Of a DNA stretch of 52,406 nt, positions 9,706 to 18,455 are shown in pieces (positions within the stretch are counted from its first letter, which is position 1; the number at the start of each line of letters is the position of its first letter). The DNA is from an uncultured candidate division WWE3 bacterium (GTDB taxonomy: Bacteria; Patescibacteriota; WWE3; UBA101185; UBA10185): NCBI GenBank assembly GCA_903879985.1, contig CAIRNR010000007.1, positions 531,519 to 583,924 on the forward strand. Reading direction: 5' to 3'. The position numbers were made by a program, and so were the translations under genes. The notes beneath the pieces are model-generated. The model searched no databases, was not told the origin of the DNA, and saw only the letters and a program-made list of their open reading frames with translations.

Positions 9706-9894
9706 ATGTCAACTAAATCGGCCACTAATGGCGCAAAGATAAAAACTACTATTCTATTAGATAAAACATTAAAAAAACTTGCACAAGTTTATGCTATTCA
9801 AAACGATATGGGACTTGGGGAACTAATAGAGGAGGCTTTGTCAGGTGTGTTGTTAGGGGATCATGAACCTAATAATGGTAAAAATAAGGCTTAA
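9706..9894 (+). CDS. ribbon-helix-helix (CopG/Arc-like) small DNA-binding protein, 62 aa
   Basis: A strand-helix-helix pattern is read in KTTILLDKTLKKLAQVYAIQNDMGLGELIEEALSGVL. No partner toxin gene is adjacent. Confidence 0.55.
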   Translation: MSTKSATNGAKIKTTILLDKTLKKLAQVYAIQNDMGLGELIEEALSGVLLGDHEPNNGKNKA

Positions 9895-9943
9895 TTTGCG
9901 CTGTTATTTTAGCTTGATTTGACGCTGCAAAGGACCCATAGTG

Positions 9944-9972
9944 TTGACAAAAGTATGCGAATATAGTAATAT
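9944..9972 (+). promoter_or_regulatory. near-consensus sigma-70 promoter
   Basis: TTGACA (9944-9949), exactly 17 nt, TAATAT (9967-9972). The next start codon is 10306, which implies a ~330-nt leader or a separate RNA. Confidence 0.6.
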
Positions 9973-10305
9973 CTTCCCATAAACCAGAGAGAGGTAATCA
10001 AATACTAATTAACCTCTAACACTTAAATTTAATCTGCCGACGCAATTTGAATACCAATTTATGCCTTCAAGCAATTGATGGTGCTAACTGGTAGTCAAAA
10101 AGACTATCACAGTACTTTTAAAACTTGTTGTGAGAAACGTAGCCAAGTCTTCTTTGACTTGTCGAATATGTTATTTCCTGGTCTGCATTAAGAATATAGA
10201 AGGCTATTTAAGCTTTGTGTGTTTTTGGTGCAGGTTGGGAATTGAAAGGGTGATACATCCCAAAATCATATTCGTTATATATATATTCAAAAGGAGAGTA
10301 ATACA

Positions 10306-11136
10306 ATGGCTAAATTTGTACCCACTACTGAAGACGTCAATCGAAAAGAATTCCAAGGTCTCCTGGCACAATTAAGGGACTCGGAAACGATGGAAAAGTT
10401 GTTGAAAGCAGGGAAAGCTTCTTTCACTACAATTGCCAACGTTGCTGAAACCGAAAAAGTTCTGGCCGACCACGAAAACGTTATCGCTGATGTGCAGGAC
10501 AAGTTTACACTTGTGATGCAGGCCGCCCTGGCGATTGTGGAATTCAAAGAAGCGATGCTCAATAAAGTCAACGGAATTTCCGCAGTCTTAACAGATTTGC
10601 AGATGGCCCGCGCGCAGGAAGACCTTGAAATCCAGCGTGTTTATGCGGCACGCCAGGAATTCCAGGCTGCAATGGCACCTGCCAGTGGTAATGCTCCCAG
10701 GCTTCAAGAAGCTATTGCAAGGTTTGATCCTTCAGCTTCTTTTGTTGCCTCGCCAAAGATGGCTACTGTCGAGCAGATTTTGGCAAGTATTGCGCCGATG
10801 CTCCCGGGAATTGTTCCGACTGTTACGTTGGAAGATCCGGAAGAGTTCGATGTTTTGGCCTTCATCCCGGACGAGTTGCTTCGCATTATCACCGCAGCTG
10901 ACCAGGATGAAATCGCTAAACTTCAAACTGCCATGAAAAATGCCAGCAACGAATTCTGGAATGCCCAGTTCGCCCGCGATACCCAGGCTGCCCAGGAAAA
11001 AGCCGCGATTCAGACCCAGCTCAACGAAACCCTGGCACATGCTGAAGATTTTGTTAAGACCGCATTGCAGTATATGGATTCCAAACAGCAGGCGGCATAT
11101 ATGGCAAATTTGCGTGCAAAGGGGCATAAGATCTAG
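10306..11136 (+). CDS. hypothetical protein, 276 aa, Ala/Gln/Glu-rich, predicted helical, GC-rich gene
   Basis: ORF preceded by AAAGGAGAG with 9-nt spacing. GC is about 50% by hand count. No family recognised. Confidence 0.8.
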   Translation: MAKFVPTTEDVNRKEFQGLLAQLRDSETMEKLLKAGKASFTTIANVAETEKVLADHENVIADVQDKFTLVMQAALAIVEFKEAMLNKVNGISAVLTDLQMARAQEDLEIQRVYAARQEFQAAMAPASGNAPRLQEAIARFDPSASFVASPKMATVEQILASIAPMLPGIVPTVTLEDPEEFDVLAFIPDELLRIITAADQDEIAKLQTAMKNASNEFWNAQFARDTQAAQEKAAIQTQLNETLAHAEDFVKTALQYMDSKQQAAYMANLRAKGHKI

Positions 11137-11155
11137 TTCTCACAACAGTAACACA

Positions 11156-11189
11156 GTGCCAAAAGAAAAATAAAACATTCTTTTGGCAC
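11156..11189 (+). terminator. perfect 12-bp hairpin after the 276-aa gene
   Basis: GTGCCAAAAGAA (11156-11167) pairs with TTCTTTTGGCAC (11178-11189) around a 10-nt loop. There is no clear U-tract, so its terminator function is uncertain. Confidence 0.45.
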
Positions 11190-11408
11190 CTATCTTAAGT
11201 GCTTAAAATAATTTTTGAGCCTTTAAGATTCTTACATTATGCAGTTTGACAATTGGTGGATTTATTAAGCATTCGTCATAACTTCTTCGACGATTATCAA
11301 CCTGGTACCCTCACAGTTTATATATTTGTATGTATGCTGTGTGGGTAAGCAGGTTGGATTGGAAATCGCTGTAATCAATGTTCAAGAATCAATAAATGGA
11401 GGTTTGAA

Positions 11409-12263
11409 ATGGATTTAAGTCACTTAGTACCCGAAGAAGAAGTTGAAGTTGAAGAACCGCAAGACGCCCCTCGCCGCCGAGGATATTTTGACACCCCGAT
11501 CTGGCGCTACGCGTTGATCGGACTGGGCGTGCTCGTGATTTTGGGCCTGTTATTTTTGGTCATAAATGCCGCACAGCGCGCAATGTTGCCGAAGTCAAGC
11601 ACTCCTAACAGCGCCGCTTTGGTAGCTCCAGTTCAGGCCAATACCCCGACCGAGGATGCTCCCGCGCAGAACACCGCGATTCCGCAGGCAACGATGACAC
11701 CGTTTGTCGATGCTAACGCCAAGAAGACTGAAGTTGTTCCCGCTGCCGCCGCTCCCGCCGTGGACCCGCCCGCTGGTATGTTACCCCTGGACGCAATTCA
11801 CAATGTGGGGACTGGCGCGGACATTATTACTGGGTTCGCAGATACTAAGTTGGCAAACCCGCAGATCGTGATTTACGACACGGTGAAAAGCAATCCCTTT
11901 GACGGAGCAGACCCATCTTCAGCTGAAGATACCCGGGTTTTGTACTGTCATTCGGAGAAAGCTGCTGTAAGTCTGAAGGATGCCGCCGGCAAAGAAGTAT
12001 ACGCGGCAAACCTGTCGGACAAGAAACAGAGTTTCATCCTGGTTGCCCTTTTCGGACCTGGATACACTCTGACTATCAATGGTGTACCGTACAATGCGGC
12101 TACAAACCACAAAAATTCGTGGTGTGAAATGTTCGCGGCGCCTAAAGGATCTGATCTTCTCAAGGCAGCTCGCGACGAATTTAACCATTTCATGGTTGCT
12201 GATCCGACAAAATATGGCATCATCGTCGATCAGACCGGAAAAATGGTATTCGAACAGAAATAA
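11409..12263 (+). CDS. hypothetical single-pass membrane protein, 284 aa, with a Pro/Ala-rich linker and an extracytoplasmic C-terminal domain; very GC-rich gene
   Basis: SD is GGAGG, 6 nt upstream. TM helix YALIGLGVLVILGLLFLVI, then a linker rich in P/A/T. Local GC reaches ~60% by hand count. Confidence 0.8.
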   Translation: MDLSHLVPEEEVEVEEPQDAPRRRGYFDTPIWRYALIGLGVLVILGLLFLVINAAQRAMLPKSSTPNSAALVAPVQANTPTEDAPAQNTAIPQATMTPFVDANAKKTEVVPAAAAPAVDPPAGMLPLDAIHNVGTGADIITGFADTKLANPQIVIYDTVKSNPFDGADPSSAEDTRVLYCHSEKAAVSLKDAAGKEVYAANLSDKKQSFILVALFGPGYTLTINGVPYNAATNHKNSWCEMFAAPKGSDLLKAARDEFNHFMVADPTKYGIIVDQTGKMVFEQK

Positions 12264-12334
12264 TCCACCAATCTGCAAGCACTAAATGTAAGGCCTGAAA
12301 ACGACTCACCCACCGTTTAAGGCAAAAAAACAAA

Positions 12335-12378
12335 AAGCCCGCGAAAATCTAAACAATTTCCGCGGGCTTCTCTTTTCT
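12335..12378 (+). terminator. rho-independent terminator
   Basis: AAGCCCGCG (12335-12343) pairs with CGCGGGCTT (12361-12369), followed by CTCTTTTCT. Confidence 0.7.
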
Positions 12379-12418
12379 ATAACTCTATAACCATTTCTGC
12401 TATCATTTAACTACCTAT

Positions 12419-14728
12419 ATGAACAAATCAAAAACATTTCCAGCATTTTCACCAATCGTACTTTTGATACTAATAATATTGTTTCATTTGGCCCTCAACT
12501 CTATATGGCAGGACGTCAATAAAGCTCCACCAACATGGGATAGTGCAGGTCATTTAACTACAGCCTATATATTTGCTCACAAGATTCCTGAACTCTTTAC
12601 AGGCCGCATGACTCTTGAAAACTTCTATAAGGTTTCCACTTACTATCCACCACTTGTTCAAATGTTAGGCGGTGCAACTTTTATGCTTTTTGGGTTCGAT
12701 TACCAATGGGCGTTTTTGCTTGAAACATTGTTTCTTATACTCGCCATTATTTATCTCTATAAAATTGTTCTTCATTATTTTAAAGATGCAAATTTAGCTG
12801 TTTTAACGGTTTTTATATTTTCTTTTTTTCCGCAAGTATGGCAGCAGAGTAGAGAGTTTCACCTAGATGTTCCGCTAGTGGCGTTGTTGTTAGTTTCTTA
12901 TTACTACCTAATACTTTCCAATTCTTTGAGAAATGTTAAATACGCTGTTCTGTTTTTTATTTTCTTTACGTTGGGTCAGTTAACTAAATGGTATGGTTTT
13001 GTATTTTTAGTTGTTCCATTTATTTACGAGGTAATTGTCAAAATGATTCAGGCACGTGATTTTGATAATAAAGAGCGTATTCGAAATACACTAATAGGTT
13101 CGGTGATTGTGATCGCTGGAGCCTTTCCTTGGTATATATTGAATTTCACCAATTTGGTAAACATTGTGGGAATAACAGCGCAAGGTGATGCAGGTGATCC
13201 AACTAATATTTGGAGTTTAGAAAGTATTTTCCATTATTTGGAAATGATGATGTCGCACCAACTCACTTTTGTTGCTGTTTTAATGCTTCTCGGCGCGATG
13301 TATTTGTTTAACAAACACAAAGTTCCTTGCAGAAATTACGTTTTCCATTTAATCGCATTTCCTTATGTTGTTTTCACATTGATTCAGAATAAAGATCTTA
13401 GATACATTTTGCCTTTAACTCCAATGTTTGCATTTTATATTGCCTATGCCTTGCTGAAAATAAACTTTATGGCGAATAAAGTTGTGTTGGCAATATTTTC
13501 TGTTTATTTAATGATGATGTTCTTCTTTTTGTCGTTTAACCAGCTAAGTCCGCTTCCGGTTTGGTTGCAGCCGATAACAGTTACGATGGCCGGACCTTAT
13601 TACACGGCATGGTTGGCGGATCCTTTAAATTATTCTTACAATTCACACGATTGGCAAAATGATACGGTTTTACAGGCAATAGAAAATGACACCAACAGAT
13701 TTGGTACTAAACCTGCAAACCCCTACAAAGTTTTATCTCTTTCAGAGAATCAGTTTTTTTCTGTGGCTTCGCTTGAGATGCACCGTTGGAAAAATGAAGA
13801 TTTTAACATTGATATCGTAACGCCTTTTTATCAACTAAGCCCTTTTAATACAGAAGCGCAACAAAATTATTTGGATCAAATGGAGTACGCGGTTGTTCCG
13901 GATAGTCCAGGTCCCGCTGGTTTGCGCAATTACGCTGTTTTAACACAACTAATCAATTTCTTTAAGTCTGACCAAAACAAAGACTTTGTTGTTATAAATA
14001 AAGTTACATTGCCAGACACCAACGTTATTTCTTTATACAAAAGAGTTAGTTCTTCTGCAGTAAACACACCAAACCTACGGGAAGATAGTTTAAAGATTAG
14101 TATAGGTAATGTTCTCTTTTTGGACCGTGAAAAAACGCAAGGTTTGCCGTTTAATGTTTATTTGTACGACGCTGACGGCAAGGAATCCATTGTGGATGTT
14201 TCCGGTGGTGGCGCTCAGCGTAGAATCCCACTTGATGGTTACTCTAAAGTTCGTATTGATCTGCCTGTAAACCAGCAAAATGTACTGGAGATGCGCGGTT
14301 GGGACTTTTTCACCTTTTTAAATGGCACGTTTGTTCGTGATGCTTCGTACGCTACTGTAGTAACGGACTCGGGTAATGAGTTTATTTATGATGGTTTAAA
14401 CATTACGCCACGTTCAAAGTATCCAAATGATGTTGCATATAAACCCAATATTATTGTTACCTATGCTGACGATGGCATAAAGTTGTCCCTGGCCGCTGAA
14501 GATACTGCAGAAAAAGTATATGTAGCGTACGCTTCTATCGGTTGGCAATGGAACACATTGTGGCTTGATCAAAACCAACGCGAGGTAACTATACCTACAA
14601 CAGGTTTATTACAACTTGAAATTACCCAACGAAGCCAATTGATTGTAGGATTTCCAACCACTTGGGGTTTCTTTAAGTGCTATGACGGGCGCGCGGTTTG
14701 TTTTTATCCGTCGGCCGCTAACTTATGA
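12419..14728 (+). CDS. polytopic membrane glycosyltransferase-like protein (GT39/GT83, ArnT/PMT-like) with a large C-terminal extracytoplasmic domain, 769 aa
   Basis: About 12 predicted TM helices in the first ~400 aa, with an early periplasmic-loop motif PPTWDSAGHL, then a ~350-aa soluble domain. The family call comes from architecture and is not verified. Confidence 0.6.
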   Translation: MNKSKTFPAFSPIVLLILIILFHLALNSIWQDVNKAPPTWDSAGHLTTAYIFAHKIPELFTGRMTLENFYKVSTYYPPLVQMLGGATFMLFGFDYQWAFLLETLFLILAIIYLYKIVLHYFKDANLAVLTVFIFSFFPQVWQQSREFHLDVPLVALLLVSYYYLILSNSLRNVKYAVLFFIFFTLGQLTKWYGFVFLVVPFIYEVIVKMIQARDFDNKERIRNTLIGSVIVIAGAFPWYILNFTNLVNIVGITAQGDAGDPTNIWSLESIFHYLEMMMSHQLTFVAVLMLLGAMYLFNKHKVPCRNYVFHLIAFPYVVFTLIQNKDLRYILPLTPMFAFYIAYALLKINFMANKVVLAIFSVYLMMMFFFLSFNQLSPLPVWLQPITVTMAGPYYTAWLADPLNYSYNSHDWQNDTVLQAIENDTNRFGTKPANPYKVLSLSENQFFSVASLEMHRWKNEDFNIDIVTPFYQLSPFNTEAQQNYLDQMEYAVVPDSPGPAGLRNYAVLTQLINFFKSDQNKDFVVINKVTLPDTNVISLYKRVSSSAVNTPNLREDSLKISIGNVLFLDREKTQGLPFNVYLYDADGKESIVDVSGGGAQRRIPLDGYSKVRIDLPVNQQNVLEMRGWDFFTFLNGTFVRDASYATVVTDSGNEFIYDGLNITPRSKYPNDVAYKPNIIVTYADDGIKLSLAAEDTAEKVYVAYASIGWQWNTLWLDQNQREVTIPTTGLLQLEITQRSQLIVGFPTTWGFFKCYDGRAVCFYPSAANL

Positions 14729-17700
14729 TGCTAAAAAAGTTCTTTCAATTTATTGGATCTAATATTCCTGTAGTTGTGTTAATTTGTATTTCCTTAGTGG
14801 TTTGTTACGTTAATTACACTCCAAATACATTTTTAACAGGTTGGGATACTTTGCATCCTGAGTTTAATTTTTCGGAATATTGGTGGCGAATAATAGATGG
14901 CGTTTGGCAAGAACACCAAGGTTTAGGTGCCGTGGCATCGCAGGCACACGCTTCGGAAATTCCACGAATAATCATATTAGAGTTATTAAGTCTGGTTTTT
15001 AAGTTAAATCAGTTGCGCTATTCTTACGCATTCTTAATGTTGGTTCTTGGACCTATTGGTGTTTACTACTTTATACAACAATTGGCATTACGTCGTTGCA
15101 CCGGTTGGGCACGCAATCTTGGAGGTTTTGCCGGTGGATTAATTTATCTCCTTAATCTTGGCACCATGCAGCAGTTTTACGTTCCTCTGGAAATGTTTTT
15201 AACTCATTACGGGCTTTTAGGTTGGAACCTCTTGTTTTTGGCTAAATTCTTTGAAACAGGTAAGCGCAAACATTTATTTTTATATTTGCTCGTTGCCTTT
15301 TTTATATTATCTCAGGCACATACTGCGACCCTTTTTTACGCCTATTTCCTAGGTTTAAATGTATTTTTATTTATTTTGGGACTTGTTAGTTGGTCAACCA
15401 AAGAGCTTGGTTTTAAAACCGTTGCGCAACGTTACGCGCAGTTAATCTTTCTCACTTTAATGCTGAATTCATTTTGGTTTTTACCCAACGTTTATTTCAC
15501 ATTAGTCCACGGTAAAGAAGTAAGTGATGCAAAAATAACATTTCTTTTTTCAGAAGAAGCATTTTTAGCAAACAAACGTTATGGAGATATAAAAGACATC
15601 GCAATAATAAAAGGTTATTTGTTTAGTTGGGGAGAACATGTTGGTAATGGGCACTTTGGTGATTTGTTAAATGAATGGGAACTGCACTTAAAAGATAAGA
15701 ATGTTTTAATTTTCGGTTATGCCTTTTTCTTTATGTCACTTTTTGGTTTGATAATAGCTTTTTGGCGTAGAGAAAAATATGCATATCCAGTGGCGTGCGT
15801 TTTGTTTATGGCAATGTTCTTTTTAATGAGTGATAATCCACCATTTGGTTTTGTGTTTGTATTTCTGCAAAACAGTGTGCCTATGTTTAAGGAAGCACTT
15901 AGATTTCCATTTACTAAGTTTTCTGTTTTATACATGTTTTCTTTTTCGGTGTTTTTCGGTTATTTCTATGGATTCTTTGGCGAGCTACTTGCCAAACTTC
16001 TCAAAAAAGAAGGTTATATTCTTTTAACTCACTTTATTGTTTATGTGTTTGTTGTTATAACGCTTTGTGACTTTATGTCTCCAGTGTTTCGAGGTTACAT
16101 GATAAGTCCCTCGATGCGCGTAAACATTCCCGATAGATATTTTGAGATGTTTAAATACTTTAATTCTCAAAATGATTACGGCCGTGTAGCGCACTTTCCG
16201 GTGCATTCTTTTTGGGGTTGGGTATATTACAATTGGGATTCGTCTACAAAGCTTGGTTATCAAGGTGCAGGCTTTTTATGGTTTGGTATAAAGCAGCCAC
16301 TTCTCGATAGGGAATTCGATCGTTGGAATTTGTTAAACGAACAATATTATAACGAGGTTGCCTACGCGGTTTATTCACAAGATCCCGTAATGTTGAAAAA
16401 TGTTTTTGATAAGTATAAAGTTCGTTGGGTATTGCTAGACGAAAGTGAGCAAGTAATTGATGATAATCCAAAGCAACTTTTTTATCCTGAGATAGAAGCA
16501 TTGTTAAGCAAAACCCAAGGTTTTGTTTTGGAAAAAGATTTCGGTAATGGTTTAAAGGTTTATAAAGATCTAAGTGCCACATACGCTAACGAAGAAACTA
16601 GCAACACTTACTACGAAGCCGGAAATTCTTATTACAAAGAAAATCTTGATCCAATATATTCGTTGTATAAACCTTATGTAGCAACTAACAACGTGGTTTT
16701 CCCGTTCATTGGCTTAACTAATACAGATGGTTCACTTAACAACGCATATGTAAGTTCTACAGATACTGCTATAACTCTTAAATCCCACGAAGCTACTCCT
16801 GTACAAGGAACTACTACTGCTGATAGCGGTGTATTAAGTGTTTATGCAACCAAAACTGACTCCGGTGTTGATATAAGTATTGAAAGTAAATATAAGCCGG
16901 GTAATGTTGTTAAAACTTACAGTGTTCCTGTTACACCAGATACACAAAAAGGAATTATCGTAGAACTAGAAAACCAGCGAATGTTTGTTGATGTAACCGC
17001 TTTAACCGATAAAGCTTATGTAGACGACGTTTATGTTCCTTTAAATATAGATATAGCAGTTAATATATATTTACCAACAGAAACTTTGCCTGTAACAGCG
17101 TCATCTAATTTGGAAGCGTGCAGTGATACCGGGAAAGGCGCGGCGTATTCTATTGAAACTTCGGATAACGGTTTAACGCTTACAGGGAGAAATGTAAAAG
17201 CTTGTGCCACTCTCAAACTTAATGAAATAGTTCCTGATGTAACTAATGAAGTTCTTAGAATATCTTATCAACCTTCGGATAATGCCTCGGATATTTGTGT
17301 ATTAGATGATTCGTTGGGTTTGTGTGTAAATCAGTTCCTTGCCGATAAAACCAGTTTGGTAAAGATTAATAATAATGTTAATTTATTAAATCTTAGATTC
17401 TATTCCAATGCTTCTGGCTTTTTAATTGATAAAAGTGTTTCATACAACAATATTCAAATAGAGAAGTATGCTTTAAATTCTTCCGACACATTAAATTTGG
17501 ATAAAAGCTTTGGTGAAGTTTCACTGCCTAGTGAAGTAACTTTAAATAAGACAATTGTTTACGATCCAAGTAAGTTGATGGCGGAGGCTGATCCTTATAA
17601 TTGTGCTACCGGTTCTTTTGATTTTGAGGTTTCCTCTGTGCAAAGAGATATAACAGGTATTACGTATACGGCAAAGAAGCAATCTGTTTGTGATTCGTAC

Positions 17701-18279
17701 CCATTTCCAACGCTAAGTCATAGCCTTGGCTATATTTTGGAGGTTAAGACCAAGAATATTGTAGGCGTTCCGCTTAGATTTTGTTTAACTAATGAGCTTT
17801 ACAAAAAATGTGATGTCTATGTTTCGGTTCCGCAAAGCCACGAAATGAAATCATATTTTTATTTTGTACCAACAAGCGGTGCAGGAATGGGTTATACACT
17901 TAATCTTTCAAATTTAACTTTTGGTAATGACCCAGGGGAAAATGAATTAGGTTATATCGCAATATCCCCGGTAGACGACAAATTACTTAAAAGTACGCAT
18001 GTAAATGTGCTGGTAAGTTCAAATTCCACATTGCTTATGTACAATCAGGCCTATGAGAAAGGTTGGACAGCCCTATGTGGCTTTGGGATTTGTTCAGCGG
18101 AGCATGTAAAAGTGGATAACTGGACCAATGGTTGGATATTCAAAAGTCCTATAGATTTGAGCACGGTAAAAATCGTGTTTTTGCCACAAGCCCTTGAATA
18201 TTTCGGTTTTATCCTTGTACCTCTAGCAGTCGTTTTTGGGCTGATTTTCACCAAATTTAAGAACAAACCTAAACACTAA
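14725..18279 (+). CDS. very large membrane protein, 1184 aa, with a GT-C-like polytopic N-terminal half (YfhO/AftD-like), a large outside domain and a C-terminal TM anchor
   Basis: ATGA overlap with the upstream gene. Many TM helices up to ~aa 470, a Ser/Thr/Asn-rich beta-like region, and a final TM YFGFILVPLAVVFGLIF. The function call is tentative. Confidence 0.55.
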   Translation: MMLKKFFQFIGSNIPVVVLICISLVVCYVNYTPNTFLTGWDTLHPEFNFSEYWWRIIDGVWQEHQGLGAVASQAHASEIPRIIILELLSLVFKLNQLRYSYAFLMLVLGPIGVYYFIQQLALRRCTGWARNLGGFAGGLIYLLNLGTMQQFYVPLEMFLTHYGLLGWNLLFLAKFFETGKRKHLFLYLLVAFFILSQAHTATLFYAYFLGLNVFLFILGLVSWSTKELGFKTVAQRYAQLIFLTLMLNSFWFLPNVYFTLVHGKEVSDAKITFLFSEEAFLANKRYGDIKDIAIIKGYLFSWGEHVGNGHFGDLLNEWELHLKDKNVLIFGYAFFFMSLFGLIIAFWRREKYAYPVACVLFMAMFFLMSDNPPFGFVFVFLQNSVPMFKEALRFPFTKFSVLYMFSFSVFFGYFYGFFGELLAKLLKKEGYILLTHFIVYVFVVITLCDFMSPVFRGYMISPSMRVNIPDRYFEMFKYFNSQNDYGRVAHFPVHSFWGWVYYNWDSSTKLGYQGAGFLWFGIKQPLLDREFDRWNLLNEQYYNEVAYAVYSQDPVMLKNVFDKYKVRWVLLDESEQVIDDNPKQLFYPEIEALLSKTQGFVLEKDFGNGLKVYKDLSATYANEETSNTYYEAGNSYYKENLDPIYSLYKPYVATNNVVFPFIGLTNTDGSLNNAYVSSTDTAITLKSHEATPVQGTTTADSGVLSVYATKTDSGVDISIESKYKPGNVVKTYSVPVTPDTQKGIIVELENQRMFVDVTALTDKAYVDDVYVPLNIDIAVNIYLPTETLPVTASSNLEACSDTGKGAAYSIETSDNGLTLTGRNVKACATLKLNEIVPDVTNEVLRISYQPSDNASDICVLDDSLGLCVNQFLADKTSLVKINNNVNLLNLRFYSNASGFLIDKSVSYNNIQIEKYALNSSDTLNLDKSFGEVSLPSEVTLNKTIVYDPSKLMAEADPYNCATGSFDFEVSSVQRDITGITYTAKKQSVCDSYPFPTLSHSLGYILEVKTKNIVGVPLRFCLTNELYKKCDVYVSVPQSHEMKSYFYFVPTSGAGMGYTLNLSNLTFGNDPGENELGYIAISPVDDKLLKSTHVNVLVSSNSTLLMYNQAYEKGWTALCGFGICSAEHVKVDNWTNGWIFKSPIDLSTVKIVFLPQALEYFGFILVPLAVVFGLIFTKFKNKPKH

Positions 18280-18327
18280 ATACGGTTATAGGCTGTCATA
18301 GCAACAAATACCCCTAACCCCATAGTC

Positions 18328-18356
18328 TTGACAAGATATATGCTATAAGGTATAAT
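18328..18356 (+). promoter_or_regulatory. perfect-consensus sigma-70 promoter for the LPXTG protein/sortase unit
   Basis: TTGACA (18328-18333), 17 nt, TATAAT (18351-18356). The ~95-nt leader has two small hairpins. Confidence 0.65.
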
Positions 18357-18455
18357 CTCAACATAAATTGATTGGCTGGTATTAAAAGCCAAGTTTAGAG
18401 TTATCACTAATTTAGCTGATAACTAATATTTATTTTCTGCCGAAAAACTAAAACT

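Noticed and set aside
10223-10245. Sigma-54 promoter (TGGCAC-N5-TTGC) within the shared island motif
   Set aside because: TGGTGC is present only in the first copy. The -12 TTGC element is missing at the right spacing, and the second copy has neither element.
10287-12285. Eight long alternate-frame or antisense ORFs (10287-10571, 10625-10936, 10704-10892, 10732-11127, 10940-11173, 11919-12278, 11948-12223, 12079-12285)
   Set aside because: Stop-codon depletion in GC-rich DNA explains them. They lack RBSs and have low-complexity Arg/Ser/Pro-rich translations. The two sense ORFs with SD sites explain the region.
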